From positions 1-64,000 of IMG/VR virus record IMGVR_UViG_3300027769_000020: DNA of 64,000 nucleotides, one strand, 5' to 3'. The stretch is from a virus. Within the stretch, counting starts at the first letter, position 1. The number at the start of each line of letters is the position of its first letter. Positions 35,631 through 45,963 of the stretch are shown piece after piece. The notes under the pieces are model-generated. The model worked only from the letters and a program-made list of their open reading frames with translations, did no database searches and was not told where the DNA came from. The translations under genes were made by a program, and so were the position numbers.

Positions 35631-37747
35631 TGAGTACAGATATTAATATAAAGAAAAAAATAAGCATTGAAGAAGAAGGTGCTTTACTTACAACAGATGT
35701 TAATAACATTAACTTTGTTGGAGCTGGTGTTACCGCAAGTACACTAGGTAATGATGTTACTGTTACTGTAGCTGGTGGAAATGGTTCAGTAATATATTAC
35801 TTAAATCAAACAGTAACACAAGCACCATATAAAGAATTTTCATCAATTGTAACTACGGCTGTTGAACAAGTTGTACCAGCAACAATAGCTGGAGGGGTAA
35901 CTACAATAATTGCAGAATATCAAACACCTGTTGGTATACCAAATACAACAGTTATTCCTGCAGGTTTATGGCAATTCTTTTTACACTTTAATGCAGGTAG
36001 TGCTGGTCAAAATTGGATTATTAGACCAACTGTATACAAAAGAGATTCAGGTGGAACAGAGACATTAATCTTTACACCAGATCCGGAGATTGTAACTAAC
36101 ATGAGTACTACAACTACTATGTATACTTGTGATGGTGTATTTCCTACAACTTCATTATTAACTACTGATAGAATAGTAGTTAAGATTGCATTACAAAATA
36201 CAACAGGTGTATCACAAACTGCAAGTTTTAGAACTGAAGGTTCTCAACATTATTCAGTAGCAGCAACAACATTGAATCAAGCAGTATCTGCAGGTTCAGT
36301 TACTTCAGTATCTGGTACCGCACCAATAGTATCATCTGGTGGTTCAACTCCAGCAATAAGTATACCTCAAGCAACTGCATTAGTTGATGGTTATTTATCA
36401 TCATCTGATTGGTCAGTATTTAATGCTAAAGTTCCTGCTACAAGAAATTTAACTATTAACGGTACAACCTATGATTTATCAGCAGATAGAACATGGACAA
36501 TTGCAACTGGTTCATCAGGTGTATTTGGTATTGCAGATACAAGTGGAGTTTATACATATTATGCAACTTTTGCATTAGCAAGAGCAGCTGCAACATCAGG
36601 ACAAACTATTGAGTTATTTGCTGATGTAATAGAAACAACAAATATTTCTGCTATATTAAAAGATGGAGTAAACATTAATGGTAATGGTCATACTTATACA
36701 TTAAGTCAAGCAGGAATAGCCTCATCATTTTCTGATAATGGTGTTGCTGTAGTATGTGATATATCTAATATTATAATTAGAAGAGCTGCAGGTACAGCAT
36801 CTGTTGTAAATACATTATGTCTTTCACTTACAGCTGCATCTAAAATAACTGGAAATGCATTATGTATAAGTTCTTGTAGTACTGCAATAGGTGTTAATAA
36901 TGCATCTGCTGAATTAAATGGATTAGTTGGAATATGTATTACTAATTTTTATGGTATATATTCTACGGGTATCCTTAAAAATGTATATGGTGAAACATAC
37001 TCAGCAGATTATCATTACTCAATTTATTCTACAGGTACTGCAGTTAATTGTCATGGTGTAGGATTTGGTTTATATCAATATGCATTTTATAATGGTGGTA
37101 TAGCAGTAAATTGTTCAGGAACTATTACTGGTAATTTTGGTGGTGGATTTTATAATGCTGGTACTGCTGAAAATTGTACTGGTAAATCTGTTGGTACATC
37201 AGGATTCTTTTCATCAGGTACATCAATAAGTTGTACCGGAGTTTCTGTTTCAGGTAATGGATTTAATATAAATGCTAGTGGTACAATGCATGAATCATGT
37301 TCAGGATACTCAACATCTGGATCAGGAATATATTGTTATGGTGGTAGATTAATTAACTGTACAGGTATAAGCGGAAGTGGATATGGAATTACAGCTGTAA
37401 ATGGAAATGATACTCAGATGTCTGTTGTTAAATGTACTGGAATATCAACTGGATCATCAGGTATGTATGCAAATTATGCTCCAAATAATGGTGGACTTCA
37501 AAATTGTTCATTGTATTCATATTATAATTCAATAAATGGAAGAGCTTTAGAACTTGGTACATATGCAAATAGTGTTGTAGGTTGTACAATGGGTGTTACA
37601 TCAAGTAGTGCTGCATCAATATATTGTGCATCAGCAATAAATGTTAAATATATTAATAATACATTTACAGGTTCAACAACACCAATAGTAAATATTACTC
37701 AAGCAGTAACTAATACACAAGATAACCAAGGAAATATTTTATTATAA
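35630..37747 (+). CDS. Tail spike with parallel beta-helix
   Basis: SVTSVSGTAPI.SSGG.TP fibre linker; NC.G.S..G.G repeats. Confidence 0.7.
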   Translation: MSTDINIKKKISIEEEGALLTTDVNNINFVGAGVTASTLGNDVTVTVAGGNGSVIYYLNQTVTQAPYKEFSSIVTTAVEQVVPATIAGGVTTIIAEYQTPVGIPNTTVIPAGLWQFFLHFNAGSAGQNWIIRPTVYKRDSGGTETLIFTPDPEIVTNMSTTTTMYTCDGVFPTTSLLTTDRIVVKIALQNTTGVSQTASFRTEGSQHYSVAATTLNQAVSAGSVTSVSGTAPIVSSGGSTPAISIPQATALVDGYLSSSDWSVFNAKVPATRNLTINGTTYDLSADRTWTIATGSSGVFGIADTSGVYTYYATFALARAAATSGQTIELFADVIETTNISAILKDGVNINGNGHTYTLSQAGIASSFSDNGVAVVCDISNIIIRRAAGTASVVNTLCLSLTAASKITGNALCISSCSTAIGVNNASAELNGLVGICITNFYGIYSTGILKNVYGETYSADYHYSIYSTGTAVNCHGVGFGLYQYAFYNGGIAVNCSGTITGNFGGGFYNAGTAENCTGKSVGTSGFFSSGTSISCTGVSVSGNGFNINASGTMHESCSGYSTSGSGIYCYGGRLINCTGISGSGYGITAVNGNDTQMSVVKCTGISTGSSGMYANYAPNNGGLQNCSLYSYYNSINGRALELGTYANSVVGCTMGVTSSSAASIYCASAINVKYINNTFTGSTTPIVNITQAVTNTQDNQGNILL

Positions 37748-38031
37748 TGGAAAAGATAGATATTAAAAATAAAGATATATTAGTATATGATGTATTTAAC
37801 GTACTTATTAAAGTACTTAATCTTGATGATATTAAAAACTATCAAGAATCATATCTTGCAGATTGTACATTATTTACATTAAATTTAACTGTTCCTGAAA
37901 AAAGAATTGTAAAATTTAATGGTGAAGATTACTCAATCACACTGATATTAAAATATGAAGATATGGATGATAAGCAAAAATTTGATTTTGATGACTTTGT
38001 ATCTCAAGTTGAACAACTTTTAATTAATTAG
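37747..38031 (+). CDS. Hypothetical protein (possible spike chaperone)
   Basis: Follows spike gene. Confidence 0.6.
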   Translation: MEKIDIKNKDILVYDVFNVLIKVLNLDDIKNYQESYLADCTLFTLNLTVPEKRIVKFNGEDYSITLILKYEDMDDKQKFDFDDFVSQVEQLLIN

Positions 38032-38033
38032 AA

Positions 38034-39509
38034 ATGGCAGTTATAACATTAACAACACAAATGGCTGGTGCTATTAATTATACAGTAACAACAGCATCAT
38101 CTGCTGATTGGCCATCTGTAGCTAATAGTACATATTTTTATGACTTAACTGATAAGTTAGTATATTATAAAAACAGCTCAGGTACAGTTTTAAGCGTATT
38201 TTCTTCAGCTGGTGGTTTAACTTACTTTACTGAAGCAAGAAGTACAACTGCACCCAATACTACTACTAATGTTGATTCACTATCTGCTGGAAATGGCTTA
38301 AGTACAACAGATATTGATATATCAATTGTACCTAAAGGTAATGGTGCATTCTTATTAGATATTCCAGATTCTTCTATTACTGGTGGTAATAAAAGAGGAA
38401 CTAATTCTATTGATTTACAAATATCCAGATCTGCAAGTACACAAGTTGCAAGTGGAAACTATGCAGTTGCAATTGGATTTTCAAATACAGCTTCAAATAC
38501 TTCTGCTACAGCAATTGGACAATTGAACATTGCAAATGCAATTGGCTCTACAGCTTTAGGATATCAAAATACTTCTAGTGGAAGTTACTCATTTACAGCA
38601 GGACAAACAAATACAGCAAGTGGAAACTATGCATCAAGTATTGGTGGTCCAAATAATAATGCAAGTGGTACAGGTTGTTCAATTTTTGGTGGATATAATA
38701 ATACGGCAAATGGAAACTATGCTACTATAGTTGGTGGATACGGAAATACAAATTCTGGAACTTATGGTTCATTAATTGCAGGAGCAGAAAACAATAATAG
38801 TGGAGCATATGGTGCTTCAACATTTGGTTGGGTTAATACAAATTCATCAACTTCTGGTTTAACAGCTGGTTATGGTAATAATCATAGCGCTGCTTATGGG
38901 TGTTCAATTGGTCAATCTAATATAAATAGTGGAAGTAGGTCAAATACATTTGGTCAATCTAATACAGTAAGTAGTCAAGATTCATTTGTAGCTGGTGTAT
39001 CAAATTCAGTTTTAAATGGTGCTTATAATACCGTTTTTGGTAGAGGAGGAACAAATCTTAATGGTTCATACGGAAGATTTGTTTTTGCTAGTTATAATAC
39101 AGTAGTAGGAGATGCTCAAAATACAAGATTAATTTTATCAAAAAGAACAACAGATGCTACAGTAACCACATTAACAATAGAAGGCGGTGCGGTTTATTTT
39201 GGGGTAAATGAATTTAAATTACAAGATAATTCTTGTGTAAGATTTAAAGGAACAATAGTAGGTAAAAGAACTGCAACAACAACTGTAGGAGTATGGGATA
39301 TTGATGGAGTTATAACTAGAGTAAATAGTGCCGCTACTACAACAATAGTAATTGGAAATGTAAATGTTGTAACAAATGCAGGTTCATGGGGTACTCCGAC
39401 ATTAACAATTAATGCTTCTTTTGGAAACTTAAGTGTAAATGTATCTGGTGCTGCAGCAACAAATATACAATGGGTATGTCATTTAGAATGTACAGAAGTA
39501 GTTTATTAA
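38034..39509 (+). CDS. Tail fibre/spike with N.ASG..S...G repeats
   Basis: GGNKRG..S.DLQ..R.....VASG; YadA-like repeats. Confidence 0.7.
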   Translation: MAVITLTTQMAGAINYTVTTASSADWPSVANSTYFYDLTDKLVYYKNSSGTVLSVFSSAGGLTYFTEARSTTAPNTTTNVDSLSAGNGLSTTDIDISIVPKGNGAFLLDIPDSSITGGNKRGTNSIDLQISRSASTQVASGNYAVAIGFSNTASNTSATAIGQLNIANAIGSTALGYQNTSSGSYSFTAGQTNTASGNYASSIGGPNNNASGTGCSIFGGYNNTANGNYATIVGGYGNTNSGTYGSLIAGAENNNSGAYGASTFGWVNTNSSTSGLTAGYGNNHSAAYGCSIGQSNINSGSRSNTFGQSNTVSSQDSFVAGVSNSVLNGAYNTVFGRGGTNLNGSYGRFVFASYNTVVGDAQNTRLILSKRTTDATVTTLTIEGGAVYFGVNEFKLQDNSCVRFKGTIVGKRTATTTVGVWDIDGVITRVNSAATTTIVIGNVNVVTNAGSWGTPTLTINASFGNLSVNVSGAAATNIQWVCHLECTEVVY

Positions 39510-39521
39510 AAAATATAAAAC

Positions 39522-39890
39522 ATGAAAATACAAACATTAATACCTGTAACTTACAATGATGGTATTGCAAGTCAGGTAACAGGAATAGTAACTGGGACTA
39601 TTAACTTTGTAAACCAGGATTATTATAGAGAACTATATAATTTTACATTTAGTTATGTAGATGAATCAGGAAAATCAATTAGTGATACTCCACCATTTAC
39701 TTTAACAAGAGATGAGATAAATGTATTCTATGATGAAATAAAAGATTCTGTACCAACTAATATAGCATATTTTGAAACTACAGAATATATTTACTATCTT
39801 GGTTTTAAAATAGAGATGGCTAAAACATTTGGTATTACTACAAATGATATAGATATTTTAGTAGAGAGTGATGAAGTATTAAGTATATAA
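39522..39890 (+). CDS. Hypothetical protein (possible fibre chaperone)
   Basis: Follows fibre gene. Confidence 0.6.
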   Translation: MKIQTLIPVTYNDGIASQVTGIVTGTINFVNQDYYRELYNFTFSYVDESGKSISDTPPFTLTRDEINVFYDEIKDSVPTNIAYFETTEYIYYLGFKIEMAKTFGITTNDIDILVESDEVLSI

Positions 39891-39892
39891 TT

Positions 39893-40663
39893 ATGGCAGG
39901 AACATATTGGAGTGAAGATGTTTTAGATATGATGTATCTAAAACCTTCAGAAATTTATAGAGGTATGACATTTAATAATAATAGTACAACTATTCAATTA
40001 GATGGTGGTGTTATATTATCAACTTCTGCTTCTACTTTAGCTCAAACTGTATCAGGAAGCAGCTTTGTAAATAAACAAGTAAGGTTAAGATTCTATGCTT
40101 CAGTTGTATCTGGAGGTAGATATACTGGAACAAGAGGTACTGCTTTACTTTGGTATATACATGGTGGGTTTAGATTTGTATGTGATTTCAATGTATCAGA
40201 TACAGCATTTTCTGCTAACTGTCAACAGTTTTATGGTATGGCTGGTCAAACAACTGATTTAGCTTATGGTGGTGTATCTGGAACTTTAGTAAGTACATTG
40301 ACTAATATAATTGGTGTTGGTAGTGAAGTAGGTGATGCTAACTTGCAAATCTTTCATAATGATGCAACAGGTGCAGCAACAAAAGTAGATTTAGGAGCAG
40401 CCTTCCCAGCTAATAGAACAGCAGGTGCTGAGATGACTACTGTATATAGCATAATATTATTTAATGAACCAGGATCTACAACTGTTAACTATAGAGTAGT
40501 TAATAATGAAACTGGTGCTATTGCAACTGGTGTTATTTCAACTGATTTACCATTGTCAACACAAGCATTAAACTTTTTTGGTAGTAGATGTATGTCAACA
40601 ACTTCTGTAACAGGTTCAGGTCAATTTGATTTAATGAAATTAGGGGTTTATTCACAATTTTAA
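39893..40663 (+). CDS. Putative receptor-binding beta-sandwich protein
   Basis: D.NLQIFHND..G..TK.DLG..FPAN; composition. Confidence 0.55.
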   Translation: MAGTYWSEDVLDMMYLKPSEIYRGMTFNNNSTTIQLDGGVILSTSASTLAQTVSGSSFVNKQVRLRFYASVVSGGRYTGTRGTALLWYIHGGFRFVCDFNVSDTAFSANCQQFYGMAGQTTDLAYGGVSGTLVSTLTNIIGVGSEVGDANLQIFHNDATGAATKVDLGAAFPANRTAGAEMTTVYSIILFNEPGSTTVNYRVVNNETGAIATGVISTDLPLSTQALNFFGSRCMSTTSVTGSGQFDLMKLGVYSQF

Positions 40664-40665
40664 GT

Positions 40666-40908
40666 ATGGAACAATTTATTTTAATATCATCAATGTTTGT
40701 TGAACCAGATGGTGAAGTAAATGTATGTTTAAAGCCTATAAGTCCATTGATAGAAGACTATATAGCAACATATAGAACTTTTTCTGATGAAGCAACAGCA
40801 ATAGCAGAAACACCTGATTTTATTATAGAAATGGTACCATTATTATTTGCACAGTTTGAACAAATGGATAATGTACCACTAGAGATAAGACAGCAATTTG
40901 AATTATAA
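40666..40908 (+). CDS. Hypothetical protein
   Basis: ORF track. Confidence 0.6.
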   Translation: MEQFILISSMFVEPDGEVNVCLKPISPLIEDYIATYRTFSDEATAIAETPDFIIEMVPLLFAQFEQMDNVPLEIRQQFEL

Positions 40909-40919
40909 TATTTAAGATT

Positions 40920-41138
40920 ATGAAAAAAACAGTAAAAGAAATAAAAACAAGATGGGGTTCAGAAACTCCTAAGTTTTGGAAAAAAGTACAAAAAATAGGT
41001 ATGATTGCAGGAACAATAGGAGGAGTTTTAATTGCAGCACCTGTTGCATTACCAGCAGCATTAATATCTGCAGGAGGATACTTATTATTAGCTGGTTCAT
41101 TAACTGCTACTCTATCTCAGTTAACTGTAGAAAAGTAG
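40920..41138 (+). CDS. Putative holin
   Basis: TPKFWKK plus two TM segments, upstream of endolysin. Confidence 0.6.
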   Translation: MKKTVKEIKTRWGSETPKFWKKVQKIGMIAGTIGGVLIAAPVALPAALISAGGYLLLAGSLTATLSQLTVEK

Positions 41139-41216
41139 TATAATAACTAAAAAGTTAGTATATACTTATAATATTTTTTTGTATATTATATGTATATATT
41201 TATTAAATATCAAGAG

Positions 41217-41531
41217 ATGGATGCAACAACACTAACAATTGTATTATTTATAGCAGGTACAATTATTGGACTTATTAGTTTTTTCTTAAGGACTTCTTAC
41301 AATAATATTACTACCGGTCTAGATGAACTTAAGAATGACTTTCATACACATAGAGAAGATCATGGTAAGTTAAAAGGGAAGTTAGAATTACTTGAACAAG
41401 AGCATAGATTAAAGTATCAGCTTATTCAAGAAGTAACTCAACAAGAAATTAAAAATATGGCCAGTAAAATTGGAGAACTATCAGATACAGTTGGTGAACT
41501 TGTTAAGTTTCAACTAAAACAAAATAAATGA
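41217..41531 (+). CDS. TM + coiled-coil lysis-region protein (holin/antiholin-like)
   Basis: N-terminal TM then coiled coil; probable start MDATT. Confidence 0.55.
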   Translation: MDATTLTIVLFIAGTIIGLISFFLRTSYNNITTGLDELKNDFHTHREDHGKLKGKLELLEQEHRLKYQLIQEVTQQEIKNMASKIGELSDTVGELVKFQLKQNK

Positions 41532-42019
41532 ATTCAACACTTTTAAAAACCGGAGATATTTTACATTGTAGTGGAAAAAGATTATTAAGTAGATTAATCA
41601 AGAAAGCAACAAAGTCAAAGTATTCTCATACTGCATTATTTATTGAAATATGGGGACAACCCTATGTAATAGATGCACAAAAAGATGGTGTAAATTTAAG
41701 ACCTTGGAAAGATTGGTTGGATATGTATAATTATGATATAACTGTACATAGATCAAGTGATGTTGTCAATGAGAAAACATTTGCACAAAGAGCATTAACT
41801 AAAGTTGGTCATACAGCATATGACTTTGAAGGATTGCTAGTAAGACAACCAATAGAATTAGTTACAGGAGAATGGGTAGAAAAAGGAGACACAACTAGAC
41901 AAATGTATTGCTCAGAGTATGTTGCATGGGTATATGGAATAGAAAAGGCATTTAGATTTTCTCCTCAAGATTTATATGAGTGGTGTAAAACTCATTACTT
42001 CTATGAAATAGCAATTTAA
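41528..42019 (+). CDS. Permuted papain-like NlpC/P60 (YiiX/YebB) protein
   Basis: LKTGDIL; YSHTAL; G..YD; YCSEYV; SPQDL. Confidence 0.8.
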   Translation: MNSTLLKTGDILHCSGKRLLSRLIKKATKSKYSHTALFIEIWGQPYVIDAQKDGVNLRPWKDWLDMYNYDITVHRSSDVVNEKTFAQRALTKVGHTAYDFEGLLVRQPIELVTGEWVEKGDTTRQMYCSEYVAWVYGIEKAFRFSPQDLYEWCKTHYFYEIAI

Positions 42020-42034
42020 TAAAAACCAAACATT

Positions 42035-42490
42035 ATGAAATTAAGTGAACACGTAACATTAAAAGAATTTTGTGATTCTAATACTGCTACAGCAAAAGGT
42101 ATAAATAATACAATTACTGATCCTGTACATTTAGAGAATGCTAAAAAATTAGCATTAAGTGTATTTGAACCAATTAGAGCTCATGTAGGACATGCAATTA
42201 ATATTAATTCTGGATACAGAAGTAAAGCATTAAATAAAGCAATACCTGGTTCATCATCTACATCTCAACACTGTTTTGGTGAAGCTGTAGATTTAGATTT
42301 ACATGACAGAGACTTATTTGAATGGATTATAGATAACATTACTTTTGACCAAATGATATTTGAAGGTGGTACAGAAGATAAAGCTAACTGGTTCCATATA
42401 TCTTACAGAGAAGGTAGAAACAGAAAACAAGTATTAAGAATGATTAAAAAAGGTGGTAAATCTACGTATGTACCATATATAAGAAAATAA
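42035..42490 (+). CDS. Endolysin, peptidase M15A type
   Basis: INSGYRS..LN...GS.TSQH..GEAVD; W.HISY. Confidence 0.85.
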   Translation: MKLSEHVTLKEFCDSNTATAKGINNTITDPVHLENAKKLALSVFEPIRAHVGHAININSGYRSKALNKAIPGSSSTSQHCFGEAVDLDLHDRDLFEWIIDNITFDQMIFEGGTEDKANWFHISYREGRNRKQVLRMIKKGGKSTYVPYIRK

Positions 42491-42500
42491 TATAATTATT

Positions 42501-42659
42501 ATGAAATACAGAAACTCTTGGAAAACAAAAAATAAACAATGGGATAAAGTGTGTATAAGAACAAGATTAGGTGCTATTGATTTATTGACTATAGAGATAG
42601 ATGTTACAAGATCTTTTTATATGTTTTCTTTATTGAACTTTACCATTAAGAATAGATAA
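42501..42659 (+). CDS. Small hypothetical protein (52 aa)
   Basis: Read by hand MKYRNSWK... Confidence 0.6.
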   Translation: MKYRNSWKTKNKQWDKVCIRTRLGAIDLLTIEIDVTRSFYMFSLLNFTIKNR

Positions 42660-42681
42660 TAACTACTACTACTAAATGTTT

Positions 42682-42713
42682 AAACTCAGGTGATTACTCA
42701 TCTGAGTTTTTTT
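42682..42713 (+). terminator. Intrinsic terminator
   Basis: AAACTCAGGTG..CATCTGAGTTT then T-run. Confidence 0.7.
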
Positions 42714-42775
42714 ATTTAAATAATTAAAGTTTAAACTTATTTAGTATATTTGTGTAAACTTTAAATATATAAGTA

Positions 42776-43069
42776 ATGGAAAGCGTAAACCAACAAGAAC
42801 AAGAAGTAGAGTTAACAGCAGAAGAGTTAGCTGAGAAAAAAGAGCAGATGCTTAAATTCTACACTGAATCATTGCCTTATTTAAAAGCACAAGCTGAGTA
42901 TGAGAAAACATTGTGTGAAATTGATGAGGCTAGATTTAAAAGAACTACAATTCAATATCAGTATGCTATGTTGATGCAACAACAAGAAGAGCAACCAGAA
43001 GGTGCAGATAATGATATTGATAACTCACCAGAGATTCCTGAGCAAGGTAGAAAACTAAAAACAAATTAA
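42776..43069 (+). CDS. Hypothetical coiled-coil protein
   Basis: Preceded by TATATTTG promoter box. Confidence 0.7.
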   Translation: MESVNQQEQEVELTAEELAEKKEQMLKFYTESLPYLKAQAEYEKTLCEIDEARFKRTTIQYQYAMLMQQQEEQPEGADNDIDNSPEIPEQGRKLKTN

Positions 43070-43075
43070 TTTATT

Positions 43076-43438
43076 ATGGCATTAGTAATACAAGTACAGA
43101 AACGTGCTGTAATGCCTAAATGGGAAATTGTTAAGTTTCAGATTTTATCCCACTGCTATATTAACCGTATAGCAGTGAGTGAATCTGATTTAAACTGTTT
43201 GACCTTATTAAGTATGACAGGACCAATTGAGTTAACTCATTTTTGTTATGATGCTTCCTCAGATGAGCAAATGATTTTTAAATCACCACAGACAGTTAGA
43301 AATGCTATTAACAAAGCAATGAAAAATATGTTAGTGATAAAAGATGATACTGATAAAAAAATCATTAAATTAAATCCAAATTTAAAAGTTCAGACTGAAG
43401 GGGATATATTATTAGATTATAAATTTTTAGGCAAATGA
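43076..43438 (+). CDS. Putative wHTH DNA-binding protein
   Basis: SPQTVRNAINK....L.IK. Confidence 0.5.
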   Translation: MALVIQVQKRAVMPKWEIVKFQILSHCYINRIAVSESDLNCLTLLSMTGPIELTHFCYDASSDEQMIFKSPQTVRNAINKAMKNMLVIKDDTDKKIIKLNPNLKVQTEGDILLDYKFLGK

Positions 43439-43824
43439 TTCCAAAAAATCCTAATATATTATATAAACAAATAGCAGAAGAGTTAAACGTATCAGAATCA
43501 CTGGTAGATGCATTTATGACATTTTACTATAAAGAAATAAGAAAGACATTATCTGAGTTAAATCACTCTAAAGTAAATATAGATGGCTTAGGTGTAATGG
43601 CAATTAAACCAAGAACAGTTGATGGGTTAATTAACAAGTACACTAACAGGGTAAATAAAATGGACACTAATACCTTGAATAACTATAGTTATAAAAAGAG
43701 AACAGAAGATAAACTTGAATTATTACATAAGGTAAAAGAAATGCTAGATTCTGAAAAGCAAGTTAAACAAGAATTTATAAAGAAAAAGCAAGATGGGAAA
43801 ACTGGAGAAGATTTGGAAAAATAG
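43435..43824 (+). CDS. HU/IHF-like DNA-binding protein
   Basis: LYKQIAEELNVS...V........IRK.L.....VNIDGLG. Confidence 0.7.
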   Translation: MIPKNPNILYKQIAEELNVSESLVDAFMTFYYKEIRKTLSELNHSKVNIDGLGVMAIKPRTVDGLINKYTNRVNKMDTNTLNNYSYKKRTEDKLELLHKVKEMLDSEKQVKQEFIKKKQDGKTGEDLEK

Positions 43825-44092
43825 GAAGCAGATAATGGAGGGTATTAAAAACTCCATTGTAAGAGATGCATTTGTAGAAAAAATTGCAGAAGAAAGATTA
43901 AGTATTTGCAATAACTGCATAAGAAAAGATAATGAAGGTGGTTCATGTGTAATGCCTGGTACTCAACCATGTTGTAATTTATGTGGATGTTCATTAGCAT
44001 TTAAGATAAGAGCACTATCTGCTGAATGTCCTGATTTAAGATGGCATGCAGTACTTACAGAAGAAGAAGAAGATAAACTTAACGCATTATAA
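43793..44092 (+). CDS. Cys-rich Zn-binding protein
   Basis: RLSICNNC...C...CCNLCGC....K......CP..W. Confidence 0.7.
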   Translation: MGKLEKIWKNRKQIMEGIKNSIVRDAFVEKIAEERLSICNNCIRKDNEGGSCVMPGTQPCCNLCGCSLAFKIRALSAECPDLRWHAVLTEEEEDKLNAL

Positions 44093-44094
44093 TT

Positions 44095-44409
44095 ATGGCA
44101 ACTCTAGGAAATTTAACAACACAAGGTACTTACTGGTCATCTGACCGTAATACATCAATTAACCTTAATACAGTTTCAAATACCAGTACTGATTTTGCAA
44201 CTATGAATAGTAAGTTTGCAGATGGTGGTCTAAATGTTTATATTCAGAAACTTGGGTTAAAAATATATAAACAAAGTATACGTATTATAGAGCTTGAAAA
44301 TAAAATGACTAAAGAAGAATGTGCTAATTTAAAAGCTATGTTGGAATCAAATGATGAAGCATCTGTAATATTAGCTAAAGAAATAATTGATAATCTTGAG
44401 ACAGCATGA
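44095..44409 (+). CDS. Hypothetical protein
   Basis: C-terminal ML.S.D helical motif. Confidence 0.65.
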   Translation: MATLGNLTTQGTYWSSDRNTSINLNTVSNTSTDFATMNSKFADGGLNVYIQKLGLKIYKQSIRIIELENKMTKEECANLKAMLESNDEASVILAKEIIDNLETA

Positions 44410-44642
44410 CTAATATAACAGGTGTACCAGAAAGAGAAATACATATTTATACTGGTATTAAAGGTATGGATATGATTAGTCATGCATTTGCTGTAAACAA
44501 TAGTGTTGATTATGCAAAGTTTTTAAAAGATAAAGGTAAGATAACAGAAGAAGAATTAAGTAACATAACTAATATGTTAAACTCAAAAGATAGAGATAAC
44601 TTTGAAGTAGCATTATTAGCACTAGAGCAATTAGGAAAATGA
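44406..44642 (+). CDS. Hypothetical protein
   Basis: C-terminal ML.S.D helical motif. Confidence 0.65.
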   Translation: MTNITGVPEREIHIYTGIKGMDMISHAFAVNNSVDYAKFLKDKGKITEEELSNITNMLNSKDRDNFEVALLALEQLGK

Positions 44643-45445
44643 GTATAGTATTTAAAGCAGATGATCATAGTTACACTAGCATTGAAGGTGAAGAGCAAAT
44701 CAAGTGGACTAGTGTAACAAGTCTGATATCAAAACTTAAGAAACATTTTGATAAAGAAGGTGTAGCTAAAAAAGTTTCTAAAAATAAAAAATCTAAATGG
44801 TATGGTATTAAACCAGAAGATATCATTAAGATATGGGATGATGAAGCACTAAGAGCTACTACATTAGGTACATATTATCATAATCAAAGAGAGGCTGATC
44901 TATGCAGTCTATCTTCATTGGAAGTAGATGGTGTTATTATTCCTATTGTACCTCCTGTACCTGAAATAGATAACTTAAAATATGCACCATCACAAAAATT
45001 AGAACCAGGTGTATATCCAGAACATATGGTATATTTAAAATCTGCGGGCATTTGTGGTCAGTCAGATTTAGTTGAAGTAGTTAATGATAAAATAAACATC
45101 ATAGATTACAAGACTAATAAGAAGATTGATGTTGAATCATATAAGGATTGGGATGGTATAAGTGATAAATTACAGGATCCTGTATCACATTTGGATGATT
45201 GTAATTTTAACCACTATGCACTTCAATTAAGTATCTATATGTACATTATGCTTAAACATAATCCTAGATTAAAGCCAGGAAAAATGTTTATACATCATGT
45301 TACATTTGAATTAGAAGGTGAAGATGAATATGGGTACCCAATTACTAAATATGATGATCAAGGTGATCCTGTAATCAAACAGGTAATACCTATGGAGATT
45401 CCATATTTAAAAGAAGAAGTAATAGCAATTTTAAAAAGCTTATAA
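44639..45445 (+). CDS. PD-(D/E)xK exonuclease
   Basis: SVT; GT..H; GICGQSD; IIDYKTNK; HY.LQLSIY. Confidence 0.85.
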   Translation: MSIVFKADDHSYTSIEGEEQIKWTSVTSLISKLKKHFDKEGVAKKVSKNKKSKWYGIKPEDIIKIWDDEALRATTLGTYYHNQREADLCSLSSLEVDGVIIPIVPPVPEIDNLKYAPSQKLEPGVYPEHMVYLKSAGICGQSDLVEVVNDKINIIDYKTNKKIDVESYKDWDGISDKLQDPVSHLDDCNFNHYALQLSIYMYIMLKHNPRLKPGKMFIHHVTFELEGEDEYGYPITKYDDQGDPVIKQVIPMEIPYLKEEVIAILKSL

Positions 45446-45446
45446 T

Positions 45447-45962
45447 ATGTATACTAAACTATTTGACATACAGAATGGAGTAGTAGTACCAACAGAACAC
45501 TGTTATACTCTACGTACTCTTAAAAACATAATGGAAAAGTATCCTGATAACTATCTTAAGATATATCAGTACTTATTCTATATGACATGTCCTAATCCAG
45601 ATTCTAATCCATTCTTTCATACTCCTGAGATAGATAAAGAAGAAATTATTATAGAGGAGATAGAAGCAGATTTTTCTACAGAAGATGAAGCAATTAGGAA
45701 TGCATTAAGATTCTGTGAAGATATGTATAGTACTGCAACATCTAGAGCATATAAAGGTATGGCCTCAATGTTAGATAGATTAGCTAGATACATGGAAACT
45801 ACAAGTATTACTGCAGGTAGAGATGGAAATATAAATTCATTGATTGCTGCAGCTAAAAACTTTGATCAGATTAGAGCTTCATTTAAGGGTGTATACAAAG
45901 ATCTACAGGATGAGCAATCAAGTAAAGTACGTGGTGGAATTGGTATGGCTTATGATCAATAA
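45447..45962 (+). CDS. Protein upstream of terminase (possible small terminase)
   Basis: Position; C-terminal KVRGG. Confidence 0.5.
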   Translation: MYTKLFDIQNGVVVPTEHCYTLRTLKNIMEKYPDNYLKIYQYLFYMTCPNPDSNPFFHTPEIDKEEIIIEEIEADFSTEDEAIRNALRFCEDMYSTATSRAYKGMASMLDRLARYMETTSITAGRDGNINSLIAAAKNFDQIRASFKGVYKDLQDEQSSKVRGGIGMAYDQ

Positions 45963-45963
45963 T

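Noticed and set aside
31629-40663. Diversity-generating retroelement or invertible fibre switch
   Set aside because: No reverse transcriptase, recombinase, TR/VR pair or inverted repeats seen
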